A stretch of 64,000 bases of DNA from Azolla caroliniana (lineage: Eukaryota; Plantae; Polypodiophyta), in NCBI GenBank assembly GCA_043228905.1, contig JBHGNT010000001.1, positions 23,684,001-23,748,000 of the forward strand, read 5' to 3'. The notes below the pieces were generated by a model, which ran no database searches, was not told the origin of the DNA, and saw nothing but the letters and a program-made list of their open reading frames with translations. Made by a program: the position numbers and the translations under genes. Each line of letters starts with the position of its first letter. Within the stretch, counting starts at the first letter, position 1. Below, in pieces: positions 12,138 through 24,900 of this stretch.

Positions 12138-12323
12138 TATGGTTTTGTTTCCAACCATTGTTGTGGAATGTCAGTTGCTATATTCATGACCAAAACCATA
12201 TTGTGCATGACCTCCACTAAATATATGATGGATTGTTACTTTGCCATCTCAAACTAAATAATGAAATTGTTTAATGACATTATCAAACCAAACAAGTAAG
12301 GTACCTAATAATTGAACTAGTTA

Positions 12324-15300
12324 GGTAAGAACACGATAAGAGAAAGAGCATGCATGATGAAGACCACCATATCGCCTATCAGCGCCCAGCCTACCATTGC
12401 TCAACCTTCCGCCACTCAGCCTACCACCACCCAACTTGCCACCACTATCCAACCTGTCGTGTAACCAATGGTTGTTCAAATCATCCCGAGGGATGTGTAG
12501 GGGTTTCTGTTTCTCCCATAGTAGTTGCGGAAAAGTCGTTTGTCCCCTTCAGCCTACTTGCTACAACCAATCCAATTGTCGCGATCAACCTCTCAACCTC
12601 CTTCATAACCCCGGTCTTCCTCGATGCAACGGTGAACAAAGAGCAATTGTTGCACCGTTGCAAACAGTCTAATCGGGGCTTCCGTGTAGCTAACCCGGAT
12701 ATCACACCTATTTCGGACAGTGTAGTAGAGCTTCTGTTGTCAGAACAAGATCGAGCACAGATCGTAAGAGAGATTCAACGTCTACAGAAGAGGACTATCA
12801 TTGCAAGCCGCTTTGAAATAAGATGTTGACAACATCACAAATGTCCAAATGCTTGGTCGGAACTATTATCAAGTGAAGTTTGAGCTCGAACGAATGGTAC
12901 CAATCTTACTGGAGAAGAAAACAATGGCAGTCAAGGGAGGATGGGTTTTCTTCCACAAGTGGATTCACAACTTTTCCACAAATCAGGTACTTCATGATTT
13001 AGATTCATATCATACATGTGTGGTCGTGTTTCCCAATTTACGTAAAGAATGGGTGCCTTTTGTGCATCTAATTGCCGGCACTATTGGTACAGTCTTGGAA
13101 ACTTATGATAAGCCTTGTCAGATCGAGGATAGGTATATGGGAGCTATATCTACAAAACTTTTGATTTCAAAGTGTACAGTTTTGCCCTCAAATATCTTGT
13201 TGCCCAATTTACTTGACTCAAGGCAGGAATCTTATTCTTAGAAAATATTGTATAGGGGTTTGCCAAATCAATGTTTTCGTTGTTTTGGATTTGGCTATTT
13301 GGCAAAAAATTGCCCTAAATTTAATAAAGACACAATCAAGCATGTGCCCAATACAACTATAGTTCTGTATCAGGATAGATCTGATGGTTGGACTAAGGTA
13401 GGGCATAGGAAGACATCTTCACAGGTATCTCATGACAAGCCTCATCATGTGTCAATTAATAATTTAAAGGAATTTCCCCACTTACAGAATAAGTATTCTA
13501 CTCTCCATGTAGAAGAGGATCGGTCACACAAAGTGAACACTTCGGATCAACCATCATCCCATCTTTCCCAACAGAGATTTAATTCGGGGTTTTCCTCACA
13601 AAAAACAAATGTGTTATGCTTTCCACTCAGTTGCCTAAGTCTTTCCCGATGTTAGTAGAAGGCCAACCACCCTTGAAAATGGTTGAGAATCAGCAGTTGA
13701 CACCATTTGTTAATTTGGCTTCTTCAGAAAAATTAAAAGGAAAAGTTGTTTCTGCAAGATACCACAGATGTGGAAATGCCTCCAAGTGTTATGGGAATCG
13801 AAGCAAACCAACAAATTGATGTCTCTGTTAATTCAGTTCCTTTTGATAAGCTTGTAGGAAAACCTATTTCTAGTCAATCAAATATTATGGGTGTTGAAAT
13901 GACTCAAGGAGTAGATAAACTCCCTTGTGCTAGATTTCAATTCACAGTTTCACAGGATACCCTAACACTTCAAACCCCTCAAAAACAGGTTAAGGATCAT
14001 AGGGTGCATAAGTATGTAGGGAACTATCTGCTTTTAAAAAGACAAGCAAGAGCTCGTGAGGGTGCCTAGAAAGGCCGTCAGCATGCTCTCCTTGAGAAAA
14101 GGACACCAATAACATCTATGTAAGATGGACACCAATAACATCTTCTTTCCTGGAATGTGCAAGGCCTGGGTGGTCATGCTTTTCGCAGATTTAAAGGACT
14201 CTTACGCGCGAATTTAGGTACTATTGATATTCTTTTTTGTTAAGAATTAGGTAATTAAGTAAGAATTAATTAGTAAATAATTATATGATTAAGTTAAGCG
14301 AAAGATTAAGTGATATGTGTGTGAGAGGAAGAGAGAGAGGAAGTTAACACTTATGAACAACGAGACAAGATGGGGGATGATTAACTATATTAAAAAGCAT
14401 CATGAAATACAAAAATACCCACAATGAGGTATATATCATCTCATGTGCAAAGGTGCACATGTGTGAGTAGAATATAGGTACAAATGTGTAAGTCCTATAT
14501 TAAATGACCATGGGAGTGGAGGATCTACAATGTATCTCACTCAAGTACAAAATCCTATTTGAGGCTTTAAGGTCAACACATTGACTAGATTCTATCTAGG
14601 TAACTACTAAGTTACGTGTGTTGACTAAACGACTAAACTACGTTGAGCTTGATATCTCAACATTTTTTACAAGAGCATCACCTATGCAAGGATAGGATTC
14701 GGAAGTATGGATCAATTTTACTAGGACGGTGGACTCATTTTTGGATTCTTGCCTTTGGCCCCATTGGCCGCCAGGTTGGATTATGCATTGCTATTAAACA
14801 ACATTTGCAGTCTGTTATCATGTTAGCTGCTACTATCATGAATAAACAGGCACAATTCCTTATTGTAAAAATAGGATCCCATAAGGTTGGCCTTATGAAT
14901 CTCTATGCCCCTAAGTCTGCAATTGAAAGGGCAAGGTTAATGTCAATCACTCAGATATGGTCAAATTACACTTTCTCAGATGATTGTTTACTTAGCAATA
15001 TGGCTCATGCCATATTGGATACAAAGATTCTATTTACAAAAATAGTTTCAGTGCCTGTTTATCACTGCAATTCAGAAATTGCCAACATGCGTCGTGCTCT
15101 TGTAGCATTACAACAATTGTTGGAAAGGTATCCAACTTCATCTATCCTATGTTGTGATTTGCAGCAAGTAAAAAACCATTTAAGGGGGAAAAAGGAAGCA
15201 TGCTCGATGTTCTTTTACTATCGTAATGTTGCTCGCTAGTCGCAAAGGCAAGATCGGGTCAATAAGGAACTCTTCAATCAGTTTAAACGGAAAACTAGAC

Positions 15301-18273
15301 CTCTTTCTATTACTTCTTTGAAGCGGCTTGATGGATCCTATACATAAGATGTCTCTGAGATGCATAGTATAGTCTAGGATTATTATCATAAGTTATTGTT
15401 TGTTGAATCTTTTACGACAAACAGTTTTTACAAGAAACAAGTTGTTCTTGCACCTATTCAACAGAAGGTTATAGATGTAATGGCCTCTTAGCTATACAAC
15501 CATTTACATCTCAGGAGGTTTTTGTTGCGGCTAAATCCTTAGGTAAGGATGTTTGTCCGGGAAAAGATGGAATATGAATTGGCTTCTATTTGCATTATTG
15601 GGATTTTCTTGGTCCTCTCCTTACTAGAGGAGTTCATTTAATATTCTCAAATGGTAATATGCCTTGTGGAATGGACAAAAGCAATCATATATATGATTCC
15701 TAAGTCGGATGCTCAATGTGATGAAGTCTCCAAGTGGTGGCCAATAACATTGCTTAATGTTGTGTATAAGATTGTGGCAAAAATTATTGTTGTTAGACTA
15801 CGAGTTGTATTGTCGTCTATTATTCATGACACACAATCTGGTTTTCTATAAGATAGAAGTATTTTTTATAATATCTTTTTGTTCTGGGAAATGGTTGCAT
15901 TAGCTCAGCAACATAAACAACAACTTGCAGTATTATTACTTGACTTTGAAAAGGCATATGATAAAGTGGATTGAGACTTTCTTGAGCCGGTGTTGTCCAG
16001 ATTATGCGTTCATGTCTCATGGATAAAAGGTGTTTCAGCCCTTTATAGGTATGCTTCTCATTCAGTTTTGTTCGCTGAAGAATATGGGACACTATTTCCT
16101 ATCTCCAGGTCTGTTAGGCAAGGATGCCCTCTTGCCCCATTTCTTTTTATCTTGTTTGGGGAAGCTTTGTCCTCCTACCTAAGATCATCAACTGTTGGTA
16201 TTAAAGGCATAGTATTACCTATTACACGGTCCACTGTAGTGGATCTCTAGTTTGCAGGTGATACAACCCTCTATGTTGATAGGGAGATTGGTATTCTCGA
16301 CCGGGTACAAAATGCTTGCAGGTTTTCTCCGATGCTACAAGTGCATCACTTAACTGGAATAAGTTAGTTGGCCTTTGGGTGGGTGTAGAAACTCACCCTG
16401 CGAGGTCCTGCTTTCCAATGGCTTTATCATGGTGAGCCAGTTTGATATTTGGGATGTAGCCAAAGTTGCTTGGAATGTGTTGATTCAGCCTAAAATCTAT
16501 GGAGGATTGGGTTTGATAGATCCTTTGATGCAGTCAAGAGCTCCCTTGACTAAGTTTGTGATCAGCGGATTGTTGCCAGGATCAGAAGCTTAGAAAGGAA
16601 TATTTTTAAATCAGTTAATGCAGTTTACTCCTAAGATAGGAGGAGCATGGTCACCCTCTCTAAAGTGGTTGTTCTTGAATGACATGAAAACGCCAAGGCA
16701 GAATCTTGCATCCAATAGATTTTTGTTAGGAATCATAAGAGTGTGGGATGCGATTAAATCATTTTTGCTTAAGGACAAACCTTCGACATGGGATGCATTA
16801 CTTAATCAGCCTATGCTTACCAATTCTTTATTTCGGGATAATGCAGGAAAAGTATTGGGCCTGCGAACTCCCCTTGCTTGGGGTAAATTGGATAATGGGT
16901 TAGCTACATCTGAGGAAACATGGACTCAATTTCAGCAAATGTCACAAGAAGATTGACTTACACATCTACAATCAGTTCATGGTGCCAAGATAATGAAGGC
17001 TACCATATCAACACCATATTCTTCATTTTTTACAACCTTCCAACCCATGCAGGAACATCTATGGTTGGATGCTTCACAGATGATACATTGATGGTTGTTA
17101 AGGGTGTTTCACCTAATGGGTGCATTGCTTATTTTGTGTCCTAGACAACAATAGATTGCAATCTTATACCTTTGATTGCAGTTAGCTACAGGACTTGTGA
17201 AGTGCACCAGTCAGAGTGGTTGCTAAAATTGGAAAGAAATGGATCCTTGATCCTTATCCGTCAATTGCTCATGTGTTATATCATGTGGTTATACACAAAA
17301 GATCCTATTGCTAGATTAACGTGGGATCCAGGGGGTTGGCTTTGGTCACACTCCTTGGGGGAAAAGATCGTAAAAGTCCCCTTCTTCCACTACTCAGTAA
17401 AACTTGGAATATCATTACTGCTCTCTCGGAATGTAACGATACCAGCAACTCAAAAACATTGGACCAATTGGGGTGTCTCAACTTTGCATTTGAGAACCTA
17501 CTGGAAATGGATCTGGTCATTCATTGAAAGGGAATGTAGCACCCAATTTGCGGCAATGTGGCTTTTGCCATGAACCTCGGGAGACTACCAAGCATGTCCT
17601 ATGGTCTTGTCCCTTTCCTCAACAAGTATGGAAGAAAGTTATTTCTTTATTCCTAACAATCAATGTAGGTTGCCTATTCTCATGGGGATCATCGATGTGG
17701 GGAGTATTACATTCCAGCTTGATGCTATATGAGGCAAACGATGTTCATGAGGCAATGGCAATACATAATAGAATATTGATATTAGTTAGTCCCTTCCAAC
17801 AACCTCGAAAGCAGGTGCGATCTATCCAAATTTGGAAAAACGTGACCACAATAACATTATGGGCATTGGAAATATCGATGTAACCGACTTTATGATGCGG
17901 TAGACATTCATCTCTCAGATGTTTTGTTTGAGATAGGGGAGAACTTGCTAGCAATAGTTCGTGACCAGTATGATAATATGCAGGGTTCCCCAGATTCTGT
18001 GAACAATAAAAGTAAAAAGCTTCTTCACTTATGGAAAAAGTTGCCCGTGTTTACAATGTTAACTCAAGAGCCCCAATGGCAATATCGACTTCCATGGACT
18101 CTTTCTTGAATATCAACAAATGTAAACATCTTCTACAAAGTTTGATATTTGGTCCTAGGATTATTTTACATCATTGTATAAGAAAAGTTGTAACCTCCTT
18201 GCTAGCTAGGTTCAAGTTGTAGCCTTCGGGTGTTTTTTCTTAATACTATGAAGAAAATCCTTTTAAAAAAAAA
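12324..18273 (+). mobile_element. Near full-length degenerate L1-like LINE (ORF1 + ORF2), internally deleted
   Basis: ORF1 with zinc-knuckle-like CFRCFGFGYLAKNC near 13270; endonuclease WNVQGLGG near 14150 and DILFLQEHHL split by a solo LTR; RT motifs WPITLLNVVYKI, LLDFEKAYDKVD, SVRQGCPLAPFLF; zf-RVT CGFCHEPRETTKHVLWSCP near 17560; short poly(A) at 18265-18273; many stops. Confidence 0.92.
14238..14662 (-). mobile_element. Solo LTR (425 bp) inserted in the LINE endonuclease region
   Basis: TGTT...AACA termini and TTTTT 5-bp TSD; removing it restores the codons for IDILFLQEHHL. Confidence 0.85.
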
Positions 18274-18530
18274 GTGATAACTTGTTAGAGAGTAAGTGAC
18301 GTTGTTTCAGGTATGAAGGTAATGCTTCCACAAAGGCCTCCAACTAAGTATATGACGAATTTTTACTTTGCAATTTGCTATCTCAAACTAAATAATGAAA
18401 TTGTTAAATGACATTACCAAACCAAATAAGTAAGGTACTTAATAATTGAATTAGTTAATTTATAAGTGATAACTTGTTAGAGAGTAAGTGTTGTTGTTTT
18501 GTGTGTGAAGGAAATGCTTCACAAAGGCCA
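18274..18530 (+). repeat. About 190-bp tandem duplication whose first copy is interrupted by the LINE
   Basis: TTTGC.ATCTCAAACTAAATAATGAAATTG..TAATAATTGAA.TAGTTA occurs near 12240 and 18375; GTGATAACTTGTTAGAGAGTAAGTG occurs at 18274 and near 18467. Confidence 0.8.
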
Positions 18531-19508
18531 TGCATTGCAAGCGTAAGATTGTGAGATACAATGTGATGCTATGCAAACTACAAAAGCCTTGACCAAAGGG
18601 TTTGATGTTGAGTAAAATTTATCCATATTTTTGGGTAGAGCCTCAAAAGGATCTTAAAATAAGATTTAATACAAGAAATCTTCATATGTTTTGACAAGCT
18701 TAAAAGTTTCATAGTCGGTTTTGTAAGGAAAAGTGATTGAAAAGCAAAAAAAGGTTGGGTAAAAGGCGGTCAGTGTCATTGGGAAAAAGGTGAGGTGAAA
18801 CAAATCTAACATAGGGTACAAAAAGAAAGTCTCCTATGAATGATCTACTCTTATGTTGAGGTATAACCTAAAAATGCATAACAATGGTCCCAAATCCACT
18901 TTCTCATGGTTTGGCCTCACCCTTCCATTTTTCCTCGAAATTATTATTTTGAATCTATAAGGCTACCTTCTTATTGGTTCATATCTAAGAAAATTGTAAC
19001 TTTCTACCTTAAAGACAGAAAAGAAATCACCACCATGTTAAACATAAAAATAATAATAATGTTCATTACCTATGCATCTCTATCATCTTATTAAATCCCA
19101 ACAAAGGTATCGAGAACTTAATGTTTGTGCATCATATAGTATTCATGACAAGAGAATGTAATATAAATAGAGCACATGGACTTTTCCCTTGAAACCCACA
19201 ACATTAATTATTAAAACAATCACTATGCAAAACTAAGAATGGCTTCAAATAAATGCATCACAAAGATGACTCCATCATTACAAGTTTTCGACAATCTCTT
19301 TTTATGAATGTTGCCGAATTTTCTATTCAGAATGTGTATTTTTTTGTGTCTATGGTAAACATCTTCCTCTCTATACTATGAGTTATCTTACTTAGGTTTT
19401 ACTAAAAGCATCATCGATAGATCGCTATCTTATTCGTAGTCATAGGGGTATTGTTATTGGCCTCACGAGGACAATAATAGATCATCATACTTTTGTCTCT
19501 CTCTCTCT

Positions 19509-20331
19509 TGGTGAAAACACACAGTTATATTAATAAAAGTGTGTGAAAAACACTACTTACAATGGGTTTCACAATGGAGTATGGTCACCCACCGACTACA
19601 CTATATGGGTAGTGTGGAACATGTTGAATTGCCAATAGGCAAGACGAACACTTCACTAAGGAACGAATTTCCACTTGCTCCAATAAAGAAAATTGGCATA
19701 TTTACTCCCTTCAACTTTCGCAGATATGCTTTCACTCCATGCCTACCATCAAATACAAATGCATTGCACATATCCCAATTATGACGCAATCCACAATATC
19801 TGAGAAATAGGAAAATGATCTCCATCTTTGATTTTGGGTCAACTTGTGTAAATTGTGCAAAAAAACATTGTCTAGGCGTCAAAAAACACCGCGATAAAAC
19901 TTGCCAAATTTGAGAAATGTAACTCCAAATTTGACAAGCAATCGGACATTGTATAAAATGATGAGTACTATCTTCCATTTGAGCAGTGCAAAAGAAGCAA
20001 TTACCCGTTGTTAGTCCACGACGCTTTAGAGCTAATCCTAAAGGCAACCCTCCAATCAAAACTCTCCAAATAAAGATTTGCTACAAGTGACAATTTAAAA
20101 TGTCAACTACGTTTTAAGATCTGCCACCACCCATGATCATATTTGTGTATTTTCCATTCTTCTTCAGCCTTAGATGATAGTCATCCAAGAGATTCAACGG
20201 AGCAATGATACAAAAGATTAGTAGTCACTTGTAACAACGATGTCTGACTCCATAAACACCAATCGACCCACGGTTGTTCTCCTATTTGTAGAGGTAAAGG
20301 ACCTTGCATCAATGCAACATTTTGTAGTTGT
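19509..20331 (-). mobile_element. 5'-truncated L1-like LINE fragment (ORF2 C-terminus and 3' UTR) fused to U6
   Basis: IFIWRVLIGGLPLG..LKRRGLTTGNCFFCTAQMEDSTHHFIQCPIACQIW..WDMCNAFVFDG is the zf-RVT region of plant L1 ORF2; ends in a (GA)n tract instead of poly(A). Confidence 0.85.
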
Positions 20332-20431
20332 AAAAATTTGGACCATTTCTCAATTTGTGCGTATCATCCTTGCGCAAAGGCCATGCTAATCTTCTCTATA
20401 TCGCTCCAATTTTATCAGATGTCCCTGAAGG

Positions 20432-20434
<3 letters not shown>
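20332..20434 (-). pseudogene. U6: U6 snRNA retrocopy (full length, about 103 nt)
   Basis: Reverse complement is GTCCCTTCAGGGACATCTGATAAAATTGGAGCGATATAGAGAAGATTAGCATGGCCTTTGCGCAAGGATGATACGCACAAATTGAGAAATGGTCCAAATTTTT. About 8 transitions versus the plant U6 consensus as recalled, including ACAGAGA box to ATAGAGA; no USE element upstream. Confidence 0.95.

Positions 20435-20465
<31 letters not shown>
20435..20465. repeat. (TC)n microsatellite abutting the U6 5' end
   Basis: Direct sequence; a second (TC)n tract at 19496-19508 bounds the other end of the chimera. Confidence 0.95.
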
Positions 20466-20468
<3 letters not shown>

Positions 20469-20580
20469 CTATTTTTATATATAGATGTTCTTCCATATAA
20501 GAAATTTCAAGATTCATTTGTTGGCATTGGTGTGTAGATAGATATTGAGGGTTAATTGTTATGGCTAACACTAATGTGGA

Positions 20581-20740
20581 TGGCTTTGATACCAAGATGA
20601 CACATTGTCAATTATTGCCCTAGATTACCAAACTTTCATCTTCATGTTTGAATCTTCTCTAGTTATAAGGATATCCTCTAGTCTTCTAAATACTTTCATG
20701 TAACTTTCACATAATTTAAGTATCACTTGTCATGCAGTTT
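20581..20740 (-). mobile_element. Decayed LTR end with tRNA-Met PBS
   Basis: Minus strand reads ...TGTGTCA-TC-TTGGTATCAAAGCCA, an LTR CA end followed by a TGGTATCAGAGC-like PBS. Confidence 0.4.
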
Positions 20741-22602
20741 CACATATTTGGATTGAAATGGTAAAAGCATTCCCTTTCGTTCGTCTTATAGTCTTACAAT
20801 TTGTGAATGCTCATACTTCTTTTTATATTTCGAAGTGTCAAATCACAACTTTATTCAACAAATGATTTCTATTGTTCCATGTTAATAAAGGAAAATGCAC
20901 ATCTCCCCATTAAGATATGTTTTACGATGCTTTAGGGTCAGATAACCTTTGATTGTTTACTTTCCATCCTTCATTTCTCGAAAAGTAAAACAATACTTTA
21001 CTATCATTGTTAAGCATAGTCAAAGTGTGAATCCCTAACTCCTATCATTCACAATCTTCTTGCTCTTTCACAAAAAACCCCATGCTTTCTATTAGTAACT
21101 AATATTAAAACTCATTACATGATTTTACCTCAACCTTTCTACTAGGATTGGACACCAAGACCATCATGCAAAAATGAAATTTACTGTCGTTAATATATGG
21201 CTTTACTTGTAACATGTCTATCCCAGATTTACATCAAGAGCAAGAATCGTACAAAATGAGAGAAAGAAAGCAACATGATGCATTGTTCGGGAAAAGAAAA
21301 CTTCGGCATCAAACTAATTCATGAAAGATTTGTTTATTTCATAGTTTTAGGGAAGTGAAAAGTGGTCATTGGTGGTCTAACTAAACATTTTGAGTATCAA
21401 GGTGATAATAAACAAGCTAGACCATTTCTCACTAAGTGTTGTAATGTCATATATAAGGCATGCCATTGGGCTCATTTGATTTTTATCTTTTATGGTCATG
21501 ATTTGTAAATTTGTCCATAAGGATCATGTGAAAATAAAACAATACTCGCTAAAGAACAATGTGAAGGCATTGCCTTAAAAACAATCATGCTTGCAAATCC
21601 TTAGTCACCTTATGAAAAGTCTCAAATTCTCTCAATGAGTTGCATGTGTTCATTGTAAAAACTCTACATAATATTTGGTATATATCATGCACCTGCAACA
21701 CCAATTGCTCATGGAAAATGGCTTTACAACTTTGACAAATGTCACATTCTCCATTATACAAAGAGGGAAAACGATAATATTGGCCTTTTATAAGGTAGTG
21801 GTAACAAAGAGAGATCCTATTATATCAACTTGGGTTATGTTGAACACATGGAGTTTTTCTTTTAGAATGCCAAAGGTATATATATATAATTGGTATGTAC
21901 AGCCTTTAGCAACAAGATACAAGAGACGTTATACCTTTTTAACTATTTATTTCATTTGACATCTCTCCATAAGGAGGAAGTTGATAATTGTAATTTGTAA
22001 CTGTGAAAGAAAAGGGATGTTGAATATAGATAACATATGAGGCCAATTAGAGTGTTTGCTCTATATTGTTTGTATTCTTCTTCTTCTTTTATGAATTAAT
22101 CTACAAACGCTTATTATTATCAACAATAATTCATGAGGCAATTGAAGATGGGTGGTTAATTAAAGTTGCAATCCTCCTAAATTGACCTACCATTAAGGAT
22201 AGGGAATTCACCTGTGTCCCTTTGAATGCTTCCCCTTGACCATATGAACAACCCATACAAACACAAATGTTCACAACCATAATGCACCAATGGTGCTCAA
22301 ACCCAATGTAAACCAAAGGGTACAAAGCATAAACGAAGGCAATAGTTTGATGCATGCATCTTTATTTTGCCATTTAAGCGTCATATTAATAGTTTTTTTG
22401 GGTACTGATTAGGAAGATGGTGCACGTACTTTAGTTAGTTTTAAATTGTGTCAAAGTACTTATTCAATGTAGTGTTTTTTGTACTATTACATGGGGCTCA
22501 AAAACCCATATTTGCCATATGGGTATGCAAGGGTGTGTTTAAGTTTGAAACCCACTTATCATGATTTCACTACACAACATTGCGATGTACAGTTGAATGC
22601 AC

Positions 22603-22634
<32 letters not shown>

Positions 22635-23325
22635 AACTCTTGCTCTCACTCACTCACTCTCTCATAGGTCATGTTAGCAGCCTCTGAAAAATCAATATAA
22701 ATATATCATCATTCTACACTTCATTCACTTGGACATTGTAATATGCCCCCAATATACAATCCTCATTTCTCTCTCTTTTTCACAACAATAGTAAAACATT
22801 TGTCATATGATCCCAATTTAAAATTTGTTTAGATTTAGCATGTGAATTTGTTTAATGCTAAGCATGATCTATTATCAAGCTTAGTTTTCTCCAATGCTTT
22901 TGAAAACAACCATATATGTTAGTTATGAGAAAAATACGATATCCAAATTATGAAGCATGACAGAGTAGAAACTATAAAAGCTTATTTATCATGCAATTTC
23001 AAACTTATAACCATGATTGCCATAAGCATTACCCTATGTTTATCCTTGAATGGATTACTTCTTTGACCCCATCTTTGATTTAACACTATTCATATTCAAT
23101 ATGGACATATATTTATGATTTCGGTGACACATTGTCATGTATTTTTATTCATTGTTATCCAAGCAAGCAGATTGAAGCTATGATGGTTTTACTCAACTAA
23201 CTTATGGCAACATTTGTAATTGCGAATATATGATTGGACATCTTTTTTTCACATGGTGATTGATCAAGCAAGGCTTGAGACACAATATATAACACTTCTT
23301 TCCAATGATGTTTTGCAGCACCCAC

Positions 23326-24784
23326 TAGGAATCGGCAACGGCTCGGTTTAGGCTTAGCCGGTTTGGCCTTATCCAAGCCAAACCGGCTAAGCCTAAACCG
23401 TTTAATGGTTCTCAAACTTGAACCAAACCGAACCGAACCAGTCCCTAAACTGGTTTAGGCTAAACCGGTTTAGTCTAAACTGGTTTAGGAAACGGTTTGG
23501 AAAGCGGTTTGGGAAGCGGTTTGGATTATTGTAACTTGACAAATTGAAATATATGTTAAATCCTCCTAACCCTAAACAAGTAAAACACTGAACAATTAGT
23601 GAACAAGTAAAACACTAAAGACTTGATGAAGACCGATAAAAACAAGTAAAACACTGAACAATTAGTGAATTTAAGGACGATTGAAACAGTTTGCAAGGAT
23701 CAAAATGTCTCTTTAGTACCAACAATAGCATGAAAACAAAATCAATGAAAAAGAATTTAAAGAAAAACAAGACAAATGTCTCATAGTTTAAAAAAGACTA
23801 GAAAACTTACAATGAGAAAATGTAAATGTTTACTATTCAAAAAGTGTAAGAAATCATTAGTTGTTCGAGTTGGTTATATTCCAACCATTTTCACTTGTCC
23901 AAATACAAGTATTCAATAACATCATCCTCTGCCATCATCTCTTCTAAATTGATATCTAAACTATTATAGGCATCATTAATATCTTCCGGTAGAGGAATGT
24001 TTACATTGTCAAGCAAATCTACCCAAGATCGTATACACATTTCTGCCTTGAAAGTGCATGAATGCAACCGGTACCTATCTTCAAAGTTATCACGAGCTTC
24101 GGAGTTAGCTTCCTCTGAAGGCACCGATGAAGCTGGAATTGCTAAATAATCACATGCCATTTTGTACATCCTTGGAAAAGTAGTTCTGTTTCAAATGGCC
24201 AAAAAAGATAATGTTAGATTGTGTTTCTTAATTACCAACAATAGCAACAAATGTGTTTAATAAAATATGATGCAATATTGATGAAACCTATTTGTAAACC
24301 ACCAATGTAGAACGTCAGATATGGTAGTCTTGGATCGTGGAAGCTTCAAAAAATCTTCAATTTCTGACCGGATTGATGAATCATGAGATTTCTCATTGGT
24401 CATACACCAAAACTCCATATATTCAAATTGAGATCCTTCACATGCATCATTGGGTGGAGAATCTTCGACATTAGGATCATGATATTCTGTAGACTGTAGA
24501 TTGTGAGTCGTAGTGTAAGACTTAAGTCTTAAGACTGTAGACTTTAACCTTTTTAAGTGTTTTAACTTTTTAAGTGTTTTAACTTTTACTGTGACCTAAT
24601 TTTAATAATCGGCTTAGCCGGTTTGAGCCGGTTTAGCACAACTTGAGCCGAGCCGAGCCGAGCTCAAACCGTTTAACCCGACTCAAACCTAAGCCGAGTC
24701 GAGCCGAGCCGCCAAACCGCCAAACCGGTCTAAACCGGTTTATCTAAACGGTTTAGGCTTGAGCCGAGCCGTTGCCGATTCCTA
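23326..24784 (-). mobile_element. hAT transposon deletion derivative (1459 bp)
   Basis: 21-bp perfect TIR TAGGAATCGGCAACGGCTCGG; 8-bp TSD GCACCCAC at 23318-23325 and 24785-24792; AAACCG/GAGCC subterminal arrays; retains the hAT dimerisation domain. Confidence 0.95.
23891..24480 (-). pseudogene. hAT transposase C-terminal (dimerisation) fragment with a retained intron
   Basis: DVLHWWFTNR, intron 24287-24186 (GT-AG), then TTFPRMYKMACDYLAIPASSVPSEEANSEAR..AEMCIRSW. Confidence 0.85.
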
Positions 24785-24858
24785 GCACCCACCCTATATT
24801 CATTTTCTCTCTTTCTTTTCTTGAAAACATTATTTGCATGTAAAAAACACTACATTGT

Positions 24859-24900
<42 letters not shown>

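Noticed and set aside
20332-20434. Functional U6 snRNA gene
   Set aside because: The ACAGAGA box is mutated, there is no USE or correctly spaced TATA, and it is fused to a LINE.
21380-23310. Possible old transposase remnants on the minus strand (QWHALYMTLQHL; HWKEVLYIVSQAL)
   Set aside because: Too decayed to assign without a profile search.
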